The notes under the pieces are model-generated. The model was not told where the DNA came from and did not search any database. It was given only the letters and a program-made list of their open reading frames with translations. From NCBI GenBank assembly GCA_001938485.1, contig MQRK01217429.1, positions 1-59,296 of the forward strand: a stretch of DNA of 59,296 nt. The letters run 5' to 3'. Below are positions 12,922 to 26,059 of the stretch, one piece after another. Made by a program: the position numbers and the translations under genes. How positions within the stretch are numbered: position 1 is the stretch's first letter; every line of letters starts with the position of its first letter. The stretch comes from Girardia tigrina. Lineage: Eukaryota.

Positions 12922-13660
12922 AAGTTTTTTCTTTTGCCTTTTATTAGCTCTACTTTCAAATGTCCTCTTCCTCTTTTGTTCACCGACCTTGTTTAATTTT
13001 TTTTAATTATTATCAATAACATCAAAGATTAATGAAAATAACCTGTTATTTTATTATGATATTATATCTTGTGTAGCGATTATGATATTGTTGTCGAAAA
13101 ACATGATGGTTCATTCAAATTGCAGCCTATTTCACGTTCGATTCTATAAAACGTGAACGCTAAAACCGATCGATAAAATAGTCATCCGATCCGAAAGAGG
13201 ACATAATGAGTGCTTGCACATATTAAATGGTATTAAAACATTTTTACACAACCATGAATTAATTTAAATATCTTTAATGTATCAATTAAAAGTTCTTAAT
13301 TTAAATTTTAAACAAAATCAATTTGAGATTGTTAAGAGCACCGACACAATTACTATGTAAATATTCAATTAATATCACTTTTATAGTCATCAGAAATCTC
13401 GAAAGTTCTTTCACCATTCTTCATCATTCTAATTAGTGTTGTTTCTGAATTTTTAATAATGATTATTCGAACAAATTTCCTAATTTTTCAATAACATTTA
13501 TTATTATTTTAACTTTTAAATATTTTTTTTATAAAAAAATAATTAAAGTAATGTTTAAAATTATTCAAACCTCTTAAATGTCTTTAATTAAAACATGATT
13601 TTTTACTTTTTAAAACATATTAATTATTGTAATAGTCTGTTATGTATTCATTATCATTTT

Positions 13661-14180
13661 TTACCACGTTTTTATTAGCTTGCTTTCTTGTCTGTTTTCT
13701 GTCTGGATCAAATCTTGCGATTGATTTTTCGACCACTTTCAGTCATCCAATTGAGCTGAATTTTTATATACAGGCTTGCTTCCGATGACAATACAATTTG
13801 ATAAAAAAAATTTTTAAAAAAAATAATTTTTTCTAATTTTTTTTGCAAAAAACCACTTATGGTTATCTACAAATTTATACACTGTATTAGATAGCAATCT
13901 TTTCGTTTATTTTCATGAATTAAGTTAAAACTCTTTCAAATTACCAAATAATTTTATTTTGGAGATTGAATTTTTTTCAAAAATTTTTTAATTTCATTTT
14001 TATAGGCCATTTTGGCAAAATAATTTCTTTTCGATCTTTTTTTTACCACGTTTTTCTTAGCTTGGTTTCTTGTCTGTTTGTCTGTCTGGAACAAATCTTG
14101 CGATTGATTTTTCGACCACTTTCAGTCATCCAATTGAGCTGAATTTTTTTATACAGGTTTGTTTCCGATGACAATACAAT
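13661..14180. repeat. Direct duplication of a ~140-bp unit (13661-13798 and 14043-14180), probably MITE/SINE-like
   Basis: Near-identical ttaccacgttttt...cgaccactttcagtcatccaattgagctgaa...ccgatgacaatacaat in both copies. Confidence 0.8.
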
Positions 14181-14440
14181 ATTTTAAAACATTTACTTTA
14201 CGGATGTACGGAAAAAATTAATAAATTGAACAAATATTGTGAAAATCAAGTGATAATTAAGTGTAGAAGTATTAAAATTAGGTTTATAAATTATTTTGAA
14301 ATAAAACTTGCTTTTATTAAAATAAAACTTTGTTATTTTGGTTTTATTATCATTTCTGTTATTCGAAATCAATCGAAAGATTTGAATTCCTAAAGATAAC
14401 TAAAAATAGTTAAATAATATTATTAATAAAAAATTTTTTT

Positions 14441-14800
14441 ATAAAAACAACCACGTTTTTCAAGCATTACCAATGCACTAAAAAGAGGAAAATAATTTTT
14501 TTTCTAGACATGTNNNNNNNNNNNNNNNNNNNNNNNNNNNNNNNNNNNNNNNNNNNNNNNNNNACTAAAAAGAGGAAAATAATTTTTTTTCTAGACATGT
14601 GCGAAATTTTATACCTAACCAAAAACGTGGGACATAGAAATGATCGATTGTTACTAAAAAGCAGTAAAGAGGAAATAGCAGTAATTCAGAAATCCGTCCC
14701 ACGTTTTTGGTTAGGTATAAAATTTCGCACATGCCTAGAAAAAATTATTTTCCTCTTTTTAGTGCATTGGTAATGCTTGAAAAACGTGGTTGTTTTTATA
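14441..14800. mobile_element. Foldback MITE with ~105-bp arms and a ~62-bp spacer (contains an assembly gap)
   Basis: CAACCACGTTTTTCAAGCATTACCAATGCACTAAAAAGAGG...AAAAACGTGGGAC is mirrored by GTCCCACGTTTTTGG...CTTGAAAAACGTGGTTG. Confidence 0.85.
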
Positions 14801-16066
14801 AAATTTTTTTTTTATTAAAATTAATTAATCTATTAATTATTAATTTAAATTATTAATTTAAAAAAAACAATAAAAAAGAAGCTCAATTCAGAAATCTTTA
14901 ATTATTAAAATTATTTATTATGCTGGTAATAATAATTATCAAATATTGATTTTTGGAAGAATTAAAAAAAACGAAAATTGATAAAGCTATTAAGGCGAAA
15001 TAATAAAAATTGGTTAACCCTATTCCGTGATTTGGGGAAAAAATTATTTTAGAGATTAACAAAAAACAGAATAAAAGAAAATCTCAGTTAAGAAAAAAGA
15101 AAACTATTCTATTATCAATCCTAATTTGCAATCAACTCAATTCTATTAAGCATATTTCATTACAAATTTACGGTTGCATATTTTTGAACCGAAAATATTC
15201 ACCTATTGATCCTATCTCCTACATTACAAGAAAAGGTCATAATTTTCGACATTCATCAATTTAGATTATTTTGGAGAGAACATTGAAAATTAGACTATCC
15301 TACAATTATAAAGTAATTCTAATTGCTGTTTTCATCTTCCACCAACTCTTTTCCTGTTTTGTAATATCCAGTTTTATTCTTCAATTTTTAAATTTCGTCT
15401 CCGTCTGTTACATTTCATAACTAATTAAATAATTTAATTACATAATTTCCATACATTTATTTTAATATATTGTTTATTAGAAGTATATTCGGGAAGTTTT
15501 ATAAACTAGCGTTAATCCTTAAATAGAATTTTAACACTTATTAAAAATCACGTTATTATTATCACTTTTTAAATTTACATTTTATCAGATTAATAAATTT
15601 TCATTAATTTGAAAAATGTAAATTCTGTTTATGTTCTTTACATTTTCAGTTATCGCAAATACCATAAAGCACCAATTTTCTAACTGGGTGGGAGAATCAT
15701 ACTTTCCAATTTCCGCACACTCAAATAAACATACCAAATTCATACACAATTTAAAATATTCCTCATAGACATTTCTATTGAATCAATAAATCTTTTATTG
15801 GTTCAACATCTCATCTATCAATAATGGTAAAAAAAGAAACAATTTGTCCGAATAAATCAATATTAAATCTCAAATATTTATTGGGACAAATAAAATAGAA
15901 GAGCAAATCTCTTACGAATATTCATTCGACCTAAAAATGTTTTAAATAATATTTTAATATTAAATTACTGTCAAATTGATCGATTGTTTTTCCTAAATTA
16001 AAATCTCGTGGATATCTGAAATGATGACCGATTCATTCATTTCTTTTTAATTTGATCTCTGATTTC

Positions 16067-16291
16067 TCACACCTGTCGAACAACAACATAAACCATTGAT
16101 TTATCCGGTATTTCATATTCGTCAGCAGTTTTATCATTCTCCAATATTTTTCCTTGACAAAACAATGTCTGTTTTTCTTGCGCCAATCCAAAATTCTCTT
16201 CAATCTTCTTCTTTATCTCACTCACTCGCTCCGACTTCTGAATCCCAATTGCAACTGTTTTTCCATCTACTGTTTGGGCCAATATCTCCAT
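16067..16291 (-). CDS. Single ubiquitin-like domain protein lacking C-terminal diglycine
   Basis: 74-aa beta-grasp pattern (M.I...TVDGKT...I...E.VSEIKKKIEE..G.....Q.L...GKILE..KT..EY.I...S.V.VV.R). A possible 57-nt intron (16072-16016) would give the end RQISTRF. Confidence 0.75.
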   Translation of the reverse strand: MEILAQTVDGKTVAIGIQKSERVSEIKKKIEENFGLAQEKQTLFCQGKILENDKTADEYEIPDKSMVYVVVRQV

Positions 16292-16664
16292 TGGGCGTCT
16301 GTGATTATAATAATCGATTCAATATCTCAAATAAAGAAAAATAATACAATTTTTGAAATAGAACTGGGCGAAATCTCGATGACAAACAATATTCACTTCA
16401 TTCAAACAAGAGAATAATATTTACAGAAAACAAATTAATCTTTCAAAGTAAATCTCGAAAGATAAATTATTTTTGATAAATCGATACGTTTATTATTTCA
16501 GAAAAATTTATGACACCGTCAAATAGAAAATAATAATTTTTGATAAAGAATTTCCACTGAGAAAATTAAGATTCAGCAAAATATTTATTGTAAAATATTT
16601 TCAACAGAAATAAAATGATAAAAATATAATAATTAACAAAAATAAAATAAGAGGATCAGTTCTA

Positions 16665-16706
<42 letters not shown>

Positions 16707-17528
16707 AGTTCTAATTAAGAATAGCTTAAAAAATTATATACAAAAATTAGACGACGCGTTTAGAGATAACAATTTTTTCCACAGTCAATTCTAATCTCGA
16801 CAACTAACCATGGGCATCTATCAATTTCAGTTTGAGAAAAGTATATATTTACTCTATCGTTCCATACTTTACGATTAAACGGAGATATTTGATAAATATA
16901 ACAATTGATAACTAACCAAAAGCTTATCTTTGAGATGAAAATTTTCAAACTTAATGTAATACACTGAATTTTATCCTTCGTATAAAACCAAAAACAATCC
17001 GAAATCTCATCGATGTTATTCGATTGAAATGTTTATTAAATGGCAATCTGAGAAAACAGTGTGTTCTCTCTACTGCACCAAGTTTGAGATTAGTGACAGT
17101 CAATATAATCATACATTCGAACAGTGCGAGACAGTCACACAGACAAAATACATTTTGTTTGGAATTTCATCGATAAAATATAAACATCGACAAGTAAAAA
17201 CAAAATATAAAAATTTATATACAAATGATAAAAAGATGAAAATCCCATCATCAGGTGGATGCACACCAATAAATTATTAGATTAAAAGGAATTTATTTAA
17301 TTTTCTTAAAAACTAAGTAAAAATAAACTAACAACAATATAATCGTATGCATATTTAAGCATAACCTCATATTTTATTTATTCCATTTATAATTATAAGG
17401 TTTTTTTCAAAAATTAACATTTTTTATATATCAAAATTATCCAAAATTAATTTCTAATAAATCATCATTTGGACTTTACCCTTTATTAGTTCGCAATGGA
17501 TTGTGATTCAGTTTTTCAAATTTACTAA

Positions 17529-18321
17529 ATGTTCAATCTCACCATCGGCATTGTCGCCGTTCAAGGAGCATTCATTGAACATGAAATGATCTTTCAACGG
17601 TTAAATGAAATTTATCCAAATATTACAATCAACTGTACACAAATACGAAAAGCCAATGAACTCACTACAGACATAGACGGGCTTATCATTCCTGGTGGGG
17701 AAAGTACAACATTTGCGAGATTTTTAGAAGTTGAGAAATTCGATCAAGTTTTTAAACTATGGATGGAAAGTATAAAACTTTTCATATCTAGTAATCCTTT
17801 TTTCTTTTGTTATTTGTAGATAAGAAAAGAAATAATAAGAAATTTATGGTATGGGGAGTTTGCGCAGGGTTGATTATGTTAAGTGATAAAATCAAAGGTC
17901 AAAAGGAATTTGGCCAGTGGAAAGTCAATAAATTTTAACGTTGAAGTTTGGTATTTACGCCTTATATATAGTTGGGTGGACTGAATATAGAATGTGAACG
18001 AAATGGAAATGGAAGGCAAGCAGAAAGTTCGGAAAGAGTTATCAAACTTAATATTCCATCAGAGACTTGTGGTGAATGTTTATTTTATTTACATATTTCT
18101 CTACTTATGTTTAAGACTCTACTAATGAAATGGGTAATGGAATATTCATCCGCGCTCCAAAGATAATCGATATTCTTTCACCGGAAGTAGAAATTCTTGC
18201 TCGTGATGAAAATGATGAGATTATTGCCGTCAAACAAAAGCACATTATGGTAACATCTTTTCATCCAGAACTGTCGAATGATACGAGATGGCACCACTAT
18301 TTTATACAGTTGTTGTTGTAA
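17529..18321 (+). CDS. PDX2: Pyridoxal 5'-phosphate synthase glutaminase subunit (Pdx2/SNO/PdxT), 216 aa
   Basis: Exons 17529-17769, 17820-17923, 17972-18071 and 18116-18321 total 651 nt in an open frame. Motifs IGIVAVQGAFIEH, DGLIIPGGEST, WGVCAGLIML (catalytic Cys), RNGNGRQAES, FIRAP, FHPEL (His/Glu). Confidence 0.95.
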
Positions 18322-19300
18322 ACATTACACTACGGTTACATTAAGATTGAAAAATCATTTAATTGAATATGATGATACAAAATAATTTAAAATAATAAAA
18401 TTTACAAATGTGATTTTTTATTCATATTTTTAATTTATTATTATTAAAATTATTATTATTATTGTAAGAATATACTAATTATAATACATTGTAGGAAAAT
18501 ATTAAATATTTAAAAAAAATTATCGAAATAAATCACAAATTTATACAATTATATTTTTTTTATGATTTTTAATTTGAAAAAAAATTTTAACTTTCCAAAT
18601 TCATGAGAATAAATTATAAGTTCTAATATAAATATTTCAAAAGTTCAGTATTTGTGGGTCATGGTCCTAGCGATCATTGATCTCATACATCATTGTCTGT
18701 CTGTCATCTGAAAATCAACCAAACTAATCGGTCGTTTCGTTTTGATATTCATTTTAATTTTCGACAAACATTTAAACGTACCATTGTTATTTGCTCATGT
18801 TAAGATTTCTTTTCCTGATTTTTTGAAGTTTATCTTTTTAAGTACAAAAGTCAGTTTTAAATTGAATGTTTATATATTTGACCCTGTCTTCAAATAGAAA
18901 AAGGTTACATATTCACTTAAGAAACAAATATATTTTCTGTCTCTAATTCTAAAAGGGACCCGGGTTCAGATAAGTTTCTGAGTTTTATGTTCGCAAATGC
19001 ATAGAAATGTATCTGATGGACTTTCGTTCATTGAAGATATGTCTTTCTTACGTGGCACGTTAAAACACCGAAAAAAACGTCGAAAAATTATAACAATAAT
19101 TCGAAAAAAAACGTCGAAAAATTATGACAAAAAGTCGAAAAAACGTCAAAAAAAGATTTATTAATAATAAATAAAACCAGCCAATTCTAAAATATATGTT
19201 TCTGGATTTCTATATACTCGGTAAATTAAAAAAGTTATTAATTTTTCATTAAAAACCACATATTTCTTTTTTCTCCTAATGGTTTCACCATTCGTCAACA

Positions 19301-20643
19301 TGTTGGTGTATGGAGGGTGATCGAGTTTAATCTAAATAAACAGTAAAATAAAACAAGAGAATTCTTTTTATAGAATATTATATTTTATAATTTACAATTA
19401 TTACACTTCAAATAATTCACACAAAATCTTAAAACCTTAATCTATTTAGTGATTTTAATGATTTTTGATANTGTGAGAAGAGGAGGTACTCTTGCCCACG
19501 TATTGATTTTAGATGAAATATATAAGAAATACGTTATTTAAAAATATATAATTGATATGCAATTCAGACCTTTGTTTAAGATTCCTTTGACAATGAGTTT
19601 CGCACTTGGTTTTTTTGTTGTCAGATAAGACTCAAACGCTTTCTAATTTATAGGTCAATTTGGCTTTAATTTATGTAGACGATGTCTCGACGTAATATGA
19701 GTATCTTCTTTAATCTGGTTCGATTAATTAACTTTGACCTTTTCTTTAATTAATCTTTGCACTTTAAGCTTCTGTTAAAATTATAAGAGAGAGGGCGCTT
19801 TTTCTAAAATTTCCTTCCTTTATATATTCNNNNNNNNNNNNNNNNNNNNNNNNNNNNNNNNNNNNNNNNNNNNNNNNNNGGAGGGTGATCGAGTTTAATC
19901 TAAATAAACAGTAAAATAAAACAAGAGAATTCTTTTTATAGAATATTATATTTTATAATTTACAATTATTACACTTCAAATAATTCACACAAAATCTTAA
20001 AACCTTAATCTATTTAGTGATTTTAATGATTTTTGATANNNNNNNNNNNNNNNNNNNNNNNNNNNNNNNNNNNNNNNNNNNNNNNNNNNNNNNNNNNNNN
20101 NNNNNNNNNNNNNNNNNNNNNNNNNNNNNNNNNNNNNNNNNNNNNNNNNNNNNNNNNNNNNNNNNNNNNNNNNNNNNNNNNNNNNNNNNNNGATAAGACT
20201 CAAACGCTTTCTAATTTATAGGTCAATTTGGCTTTAATTTATGTAGACGATGTCTCGACGTAATATGAGTATCTTCTTTAATCTGGTTCGATTAATTAAC
20301 TTTGACCTTTTCTTTAATTAATCTTTGCACTTTAAGCTTCTGTTAAAATTATAAGAGAGAGGGTGCTTTTTCTAAAATTTCCTTCCTTTATATATTCCTT
20401 TTTAACTTGTAATATCTTTCTATTTATTCCTAAATAATTTTAATTATTATTTTCTTTAAAATATTTCCAATTTTATTGTTAGGTTATTTACATATTTATT
20501 TACTTTTATTTTTACTATTTATATATATATATATTATATTTACTAAGATAAATAGGGTAAACAAAATTTATTTAACCCAATGATTAAAACAAAAAAATAC
20601 TTTTAAATGAATTTTTGCTCAGAATTAATTCTTATACTCAACA
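19301..20643. mobile_element. Solo-LTR-like sequence, length inflated by assembly duplication across N gaps
   Basis: TGTTGGTG...ACTCAACA termini. Right end resembles the 26060-26902 LTR. Segments ~19311-19470 / 19880-20038 and ~19624-19829 / 20192-20397 are duplicated next to gaps. No TSD seen. Confidence 0.65.
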
Positions 20644-20784
20644 AAATTATAGAAGAAAAAATTAAGCAGGAAAAATATACACGTGAAAAAATAACATTTA
20701 TCTGCAATATATTACTAGTTAATTAACTGGGTATGTTAAATATTTTTTATTAAATATTTTTTACGTATCAGGGAAAAAATATCA

Positions 20785-21595
20785 CAGGAAAAAGCGTTGC
20801 GCAGAAAATTTTTTTGTCAAAATTTATGATAATATAATTTCGTCGCCGAATTTAGGATATTTTTTGCAGTAAATTTCGTCGCTGAATTGGTGATAATATT
20901 TTTTGTAGTAAATTTCTTCGCCGAATTGGTGATAATATTTTTTGTTGTAAATTTCGTCGCCGTGGTGGCATTTGTTGTTGTTTAAAATATATTACTTTAC
21001 AACATTTTTACTTACAAAATTTGAAATTATATTTTTTTCTGAATTTTTAATAACTTTGTAAATTCTTCTTTCATGATTTAATAAAATTTTTAATTAGTTC
21101 TTTTCAGAAAATATATTAAAATGCCACGGCAATACGTTTTTTTGCAACAAAAACAAATTAAAATTGACGGTCAATGGTCATTTATTTTTAAAAGATCGAG
21201 AAACGGCAGAAAAAGTAATTTTGAAATGTGACCAGCACGAGAAAAACTTTGGAATTGCTACAATACTGCAGTGATGGGGAGCCCAAAACGAATAATTCGT
21301 GTGAAGGATGGCATCGATCGTTTAATGAACTTATCGGTGCATCTTACCCTACAATATGGAAATTTTTAAGTTCATTAAAAGCCAGCATAGTTTTAAAGAA
21401 GGCATAATTGAACAGATTATTGCTGGTGGTTAACTTCCACCAAAGAAACGAAAATATCGGGACTGTGCGATTAAAGTAGAACGTGTTGTGAGTCAATACT
21501 CAAATCGGGACATCATAGAATTCCTTAGAGGTGTCGCACATTACATATCATATTTAAGATATTTTTCAATAATTAATGACATGTGAAACAATTTA

Positions 21596-21645
<50 letters not shown>

Positions 21646-21695
21646 NNNNNNNNNNNNNNNNNNNNNNNNNNNNNNNNNNNNNNNNNNNNNNNNNN

Positions 21696-21733
<38 letters not shown>

Positions 21734-22499
21734 TTTGGGTTGCTTTTGGATTATTTATTGTAAAGTTTTTATTCAAATTTTCCTGTAAAAATTATCTTTA
21801 TACTTTAAAAAGTGTTTTTCCCTTTTAAAAATTTGATGCACTTTCCATAATATATTTGTAATTAATTAATTATTAAAATTTTTGCATTAAATATTATTAT
21901 CATTTCTGTGACAAAAAATATTATCATTCCTGAAAAGATTGACTACAAATAATAATATCATAAATTCAGCGATGAAATTTATTATATTATATATAAAAAA
22001 GCCCAATGTTTCATATGCGTAACGCTCATATTATTTACTTACAATTGTAAGTAGATAATTATATTAATTTAAATTTTTGTGGCAAAAATCATTTTAAGGG
22101 TTAAGGTTAGTGTTAGGGTTATGGTTAAGGGTTTTTGTTAGGGTTAGGTTTAGGGTTAAAGTTTATAAAGAAAATAAAAGAAATTAAATTTAAAAAATTG
22201 AAAAATTTAACACACTTTTCGGAACAATAAATAATAAATTATAACTACGATTTTTTAATTAAAACAGAAACTTTCAAAGACGAAATTTAACTCCCCTATC
22301 ATACATGACAGGTCTTTTCCTAGTTACAAAAAATATTATCACATATTCGGCGACGAAATTTACTACAAAAATTATTATCACAAATTTGGCGACAAAATTT
22401 TCTATAAAAAATATTTTCACCAAATCTGCGACGAAATTTACTACAAAAAATATTATCATAAATTTTGACAAAAGATTTTCCCTGCGACGTTTTTTTCTG
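20785..22499 (+). mobile_element. Internally deleted MULE with long, tandem-repeat-containing TIRs
   Basis: Inverted arms built from ~39-bp units (tgataatattttttgtagtaaatttcgtcgccgaat). Internal remnant WNCYN...TNNSCEGWH...PTIWKFL...PPKKRKY...EFLRGVAH at ~21250-21555. Degenerate TTAGGG tract at ~22095-22160. Confidence 0.8.
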
Positions 22500-22599
22500 C
22501 TATTGCTTTCCAAGCAACATATAACGAAAACAAAACAAGATATTTCGATTTTTGTAATATATCATCTACGCTTATACGCTTACCGATAATTACTTCGGC

Positions 22600-23786
22600 C
22601 GGACTAAACCAAGTTGAACTTTGCTTGAAGCGTTTATGCTAAATTCAATCTCTGGTAAAATATCTACCCAGTTATTTCTTCCTTCACATTTTAAAGATGC
22701 ATTCAAAAATCCCGTATGGAACAGAATTTGCGCTCTATCATTTCATTTGTATTGTGATGGTAAGGACTTGAATATTGAACGTCTATTAACATGGATTTAG
22801 TAAATTCAAGAAACGAACACGACTCGAAAGCCTTTCCTCGGTCCACATGAATACAAGCCGGAGCTCCGAACCTAATATCCATTGTCGTAATAATGTCTGG
22901 GTCGTTGTAGTCTCATCTTGAATACTAACAGCCGTTAAATTAATATATCTACTAAATCTATCTGTGATTCCTAAGATATATTTCTTTCTTTTTATTATCG
23001 GCATCGGTCCGCAAAAATCAATATAAATGTCATCAAACGGTCTTTCCGATGTAAGAGTCTTTGTTTCTTCTTTAGTTATTCCAGTGTAAGTTTTCGCTGT
23101 CTGACAAGCAATTCAACTTTCTGTTACTATTTTAAATTGTTTCATGAAATCTTCCATATCATATTCATTTCGCATAAATGAATACGTTTTCATAAATCCA
23201 CCATGACATAATTATCTATGGAAAAAGTTTATACAAGCCTGTCGTTTACGTTTTGGAATCCAAATCTTGTCATTTAGGGTTCTGACACATCCTTTGGATA
23301 ATTTGAAAGTTTGGAAAGTATTGTTCTTTATTTGTCCAATTATTTCCATACTTTCCGTGTTCTTCTGTTTCCATGGTATGGGTGTTTTCTCTTCATCTAT
23401 TACCAACATTCTCACTTTCTGTTTCGATAATTTTGGCTGCTCATGTTGAATCATACACTGTGACCATACTGTACATTCATTCCGAGACAACGCATCAGCA
23501 TTTTGATGTATTTCTCTTTTTCTATATTCTAATTTCATATCTAAACTGCTTAAATAATTCATCCAGTTTTGAAATTGTGGAGTAGTTGTTTTTTTTGTTG
23601 TCATCATAAAAGCAATTGCCTTGTGATCCGTTCTCAGTTTAAAATGTGCACCGTAAAGATAATGTTTAAAATGTTGAGTAAAATGAAATATTGCTAACAA
23701 TTCTTTCCTTGTTATTCAATAACCTATTTCCTGTTTCAACTTCAACCTTGATCCATACGCAATGACTCGCTCTTCACCTTTATTAT
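22600..23786 (-). mobile_element. Gypsy RNase H-integrase fragment
   Basis: VIAYGS, ELLAI, FKLRTDHKA, HQNADALSR, IYIDFCGP, ITDRFSRY, SPYHHNTN. Confidence 0.88.
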
Positions 23787-24175
23787 CTATCTGAAAAAGA
23801 ACCGCGCCTCTGGATCTTTACATTGTAAACAGTACTTCAATAAATGATTCCGTACTTCTTCTACGCTCCCTATGTCTTCATTTACAATGATATCATCTAC
23901 ATAATGACGAGTTCCACTGCGAATCTTTTCATCAATACACAAAACCGTTCCTAAAATCATGGACCTTATTTTCGGATCGGATACTAAACGAAATCCTAAT
24001 CTTGTAAGCTCGTAAAATTCACTATTAATTCGAACTCTCTGATACTTCCATAAAGTTGAATCTACTCCGATTTGTAAATAGGCATTTTTTGAGTCGATAA
24101 CTTTGCAATTCTTTGATATACTTCTCCACTCACGAAGTTCATCATCCACTGATACTGTATCTAATGTATGAGAAC

Positions 24176-24964
24176 TGTTGGGTTTTATTAAAATGTCTTT
24201 AATTTCAATTATTCACTTTTCAAAATACAAATCTTTAATCTTTATCTTTAATCGTAAATCTCTATTCTTTATTCTTTGATCAATAATCTTTTATCAATAA
24301 TCCTCAATCAATAATCTTTAATGTTTTGATCTGACTCCAATTATTCAGAAAGGTTTTCCAACATAAATATATGAATAATGAACACAAATTCTTTTATCAA
24401 ACTTTATTTCAAATAACAAATAACAACAAGTCACAAATAATAATAATAATAATTCAATTTTGGATGACAGAATACAAACACAATCAATATTTCGTGCGAG
24501 TTAACCGATTACAGTAAAAACTGCGAATCTCCAAAGTCGAACGATGATTTGATTAAAACTCAAAGATTTTATATTAAATCCTCTTCTCCCATACGGGGTA
24601 CTTATGGTTTAATATTTTAAAAAGAATAAAGTAAAAATAAAATAAGTTTTTACGTTACTTTTTAACACGACTTCTTCTTGGTTAATTTCTTGCAAATATT
24701 TTTGGGCAAAACTAAAACTAGATTTGCTGTTGTTTATACAGTAATTTTCCTCAGCCTTGAAAATTGATAAGATAAAACAAAGAGTAGAATATTTATAATT
24801 TTTGATGAAGTAAAACAAACATTTATAATTTTTAATTCCAAGTTTTATTAAAGTAAATATTATTTTGTTTGAAGTTAATAATTTTACTAAAAGAATTATT
24901 TTAAATTTTTCTTATATGAAATTTTATCAAGAAGTGTTCATATGCTTTTTCCAAAACCCTAACA
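24176..24964. mobile_element. Solo LTR (789 bp), 4-bp TSD GAAC
   Basis: TGTTGGGTTTT...AAAACCCTAACA with GAAC on both sides. Removing it restores the RT reading. Confidence 0.88.
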
Positions 24965-26059
24965 GAACTAATAAACTGATTTAAATCTCGATAATACATG
25001 ACAGGCCTTACTTTACCCATTTTTTCTTGTTTGACCGCAAGCAACGATATAATTCCTTCTCCATCACTATTTGAACTTTTCTTTAACCAACCTTCACTAA
25101 TCCAACCCTATATTACCTAATGAAACTTTATTCTGGTGTCTTTATACATATGGTAACTCACTACTTTATTTGACAACTGAGGCGCTATATCTTTCCATTT
25201 CCACTTTACTTCCCACTTCCGTCCAGAAATTTTCGCATTAAAAGCAATATCATTTATTTCGATATTTGTTTGTTACCGCTTTGATACAACTTTTTACTCA
25301 AAAATGAATCATTATTATTTCTCTCACTATTCGACTGTGTTGCGCCGCTATGACACACATCTCTACCCCATGAAACACAACCTTTACTATCAATTTTAAT
25401 ACATCCCCCTTGCATTATTCCATATATGCCAATAATAACATCTACATCTTTTCCTAACTCACTCATAACAAAACACTTTAATCTCAATATCACATTAGAC
25501 CCTGACTCAATCTCTATCTCACACTCTCCAAGCACAGTTACTTCTTTTCCATCAACTGCCTTAACACACACATTAGACTCAATCATCTTCTCTCTACCCA
25601 ACTCATATCTTACAATACTCACATCACTCCCACTATCAATAAGAGCATTAACCCACTTACCGTTCAACTTCACCATCATCCCCATAGACACCTTTCTATG
25701 CGTACAAGAATAGGCGGTGCCAACTATTCTTGGTATAAGTTTAAATGATTCTCTTTTTAAATTCGTTCGCTTTATGACCCCCTCCTCCACAGCTAAAACA
25801 TTTAAACGTATTACTTGACATACACTCCTTGGCTATATGCCCAAGCTTCCCACACGAAAAGCACTTCAGCATAGATGCTTTTTGTTGCCTCTCATCCGCC
25901 TGATAGAGTTCGTAATTGGGCTTTTGCGACATTTTATAAGAAACCGCCGCCACGCGTGAATTCCATCGTGCCATGATAAAGCTACATAACTCGCACATAC
26001 AGTAACTTCGCCTCTCATCTCGTTAATTATGATCCTGGACTTTTCCACTTACATACTTT

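Noticed and set aside
15250-15420. Possible second decayed ubiquitin-like copy (LKIEE..TG)
   Set aside because: Similarity is too short and needs several frameshifts.
18950-19070. tRNA or tRNA-derived SINE (GGGTTC...GTGGCACGTTAAA)
   Set aside because: No cloverleaf or A-box; at most an old SINE fragment.
19311-20397. Apparent tandem duplications beside gaps (also 14477-14600)
   Set aside because: Near-identical copies abut N-runs, typical of unmerged contig overlaps.
20820-20962. ~39-bp repeats as a CRISPR array
   Set aside because: No unique spacers, eukaryotic context, and mirrored at 22320-22470 as MULE TIR subrepeats. ORFs 22274-22513 and 22305-22589 are by-products.
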